A DNA stretch of 64,000 nt. Origin: an uncultured Eubacteriales bacterium (lineage in GTDB: Bacteria > Acidobacteriota > Aminicenantia > Aminicenantales > UBA4085). Positions 63,991 to 64,000 of the stretch are shown in pieces. Within the stretch, counting starts at the first letter, position 1. Every line of letters begins with the position of its first letter. The translations under genes were made by a program, and so were the position numbers. The notes below the pieces were generated by a model. The model was not told the origin of the DNA, did no database searches, and saw only the letters and a list, made by a program, of their open reading frames with translations. The DNA lies in the NCBI GenBank assembly GCA_964537875.1, contig CAZIDN010000009.1, positions 3,043 to 67,042 of the forward strand, in the 5' to 3' direction.

Positions 63991-64000
63991 GTTATTAAAG

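Overview
This is a gene-dense, moderately GC-rich bacterial window. It is probably from Acidobacteriota or Candidatus Aminicenantes; this is an inference from the tandem 'Acidobacterial VWA' genes and the many secreted or Tat-type proteins. I saw no rRNA, tRNA, CRISPR array or transposase. From left to right it contains: (1) a minus-strand export locus with an ABC ATPase, a 1184-aa ABC-permease/M1-like/golvesin-like fusion, TolC, an MFP and two AcrB-type permeases; (2) a Tat-type DUF362 protein and an aldehyde dehydrogenase; (3) a pentaheme cytochrome c next to a Cyc2-like cytochrome-porin, then a signal-peptide-bearing glutamate racemase homolog; (4) an ECF sigma/anti-sigma/DUF4097 operon; (5) a GH38-like hydrolase, an OSBS/NAAAR enolase, an Ord/DapB-like dehydrogenase, GT4 and GT2; (6) a second DUF362 protein and brnTA; (7) a tandem array of 3 VWA proteins and 4 paralogous secreted partner proteins, with duplicated sigma54-type promoters, REP-bounded ~3.39-kb repeat units and one homopolymer frameshift; (8) TolC, a radical SAM/SPASM protein, GT-C, GT2 and a collapsed GT-C remnant; (9) tsaD, mtnA, mgtA, a Phd/PIN toxin-antitoxin pair, M28 and M24 peptidases, tatA, a methyltransferase and a ROK kinase. 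The intergenic DNA holds several palindromic repeat families. The most striking is a ~195-bp MITE-like element present twice (12311-12504, 63557-63755). Its outer arms are in opposite orientation in the two copies, but its 67-bp hairpin core is in the same orientation, so the core has flipped between internal inverted repeats. A third copy of the core sits inside unrelated perfect 33-bp arms (61002-61145).
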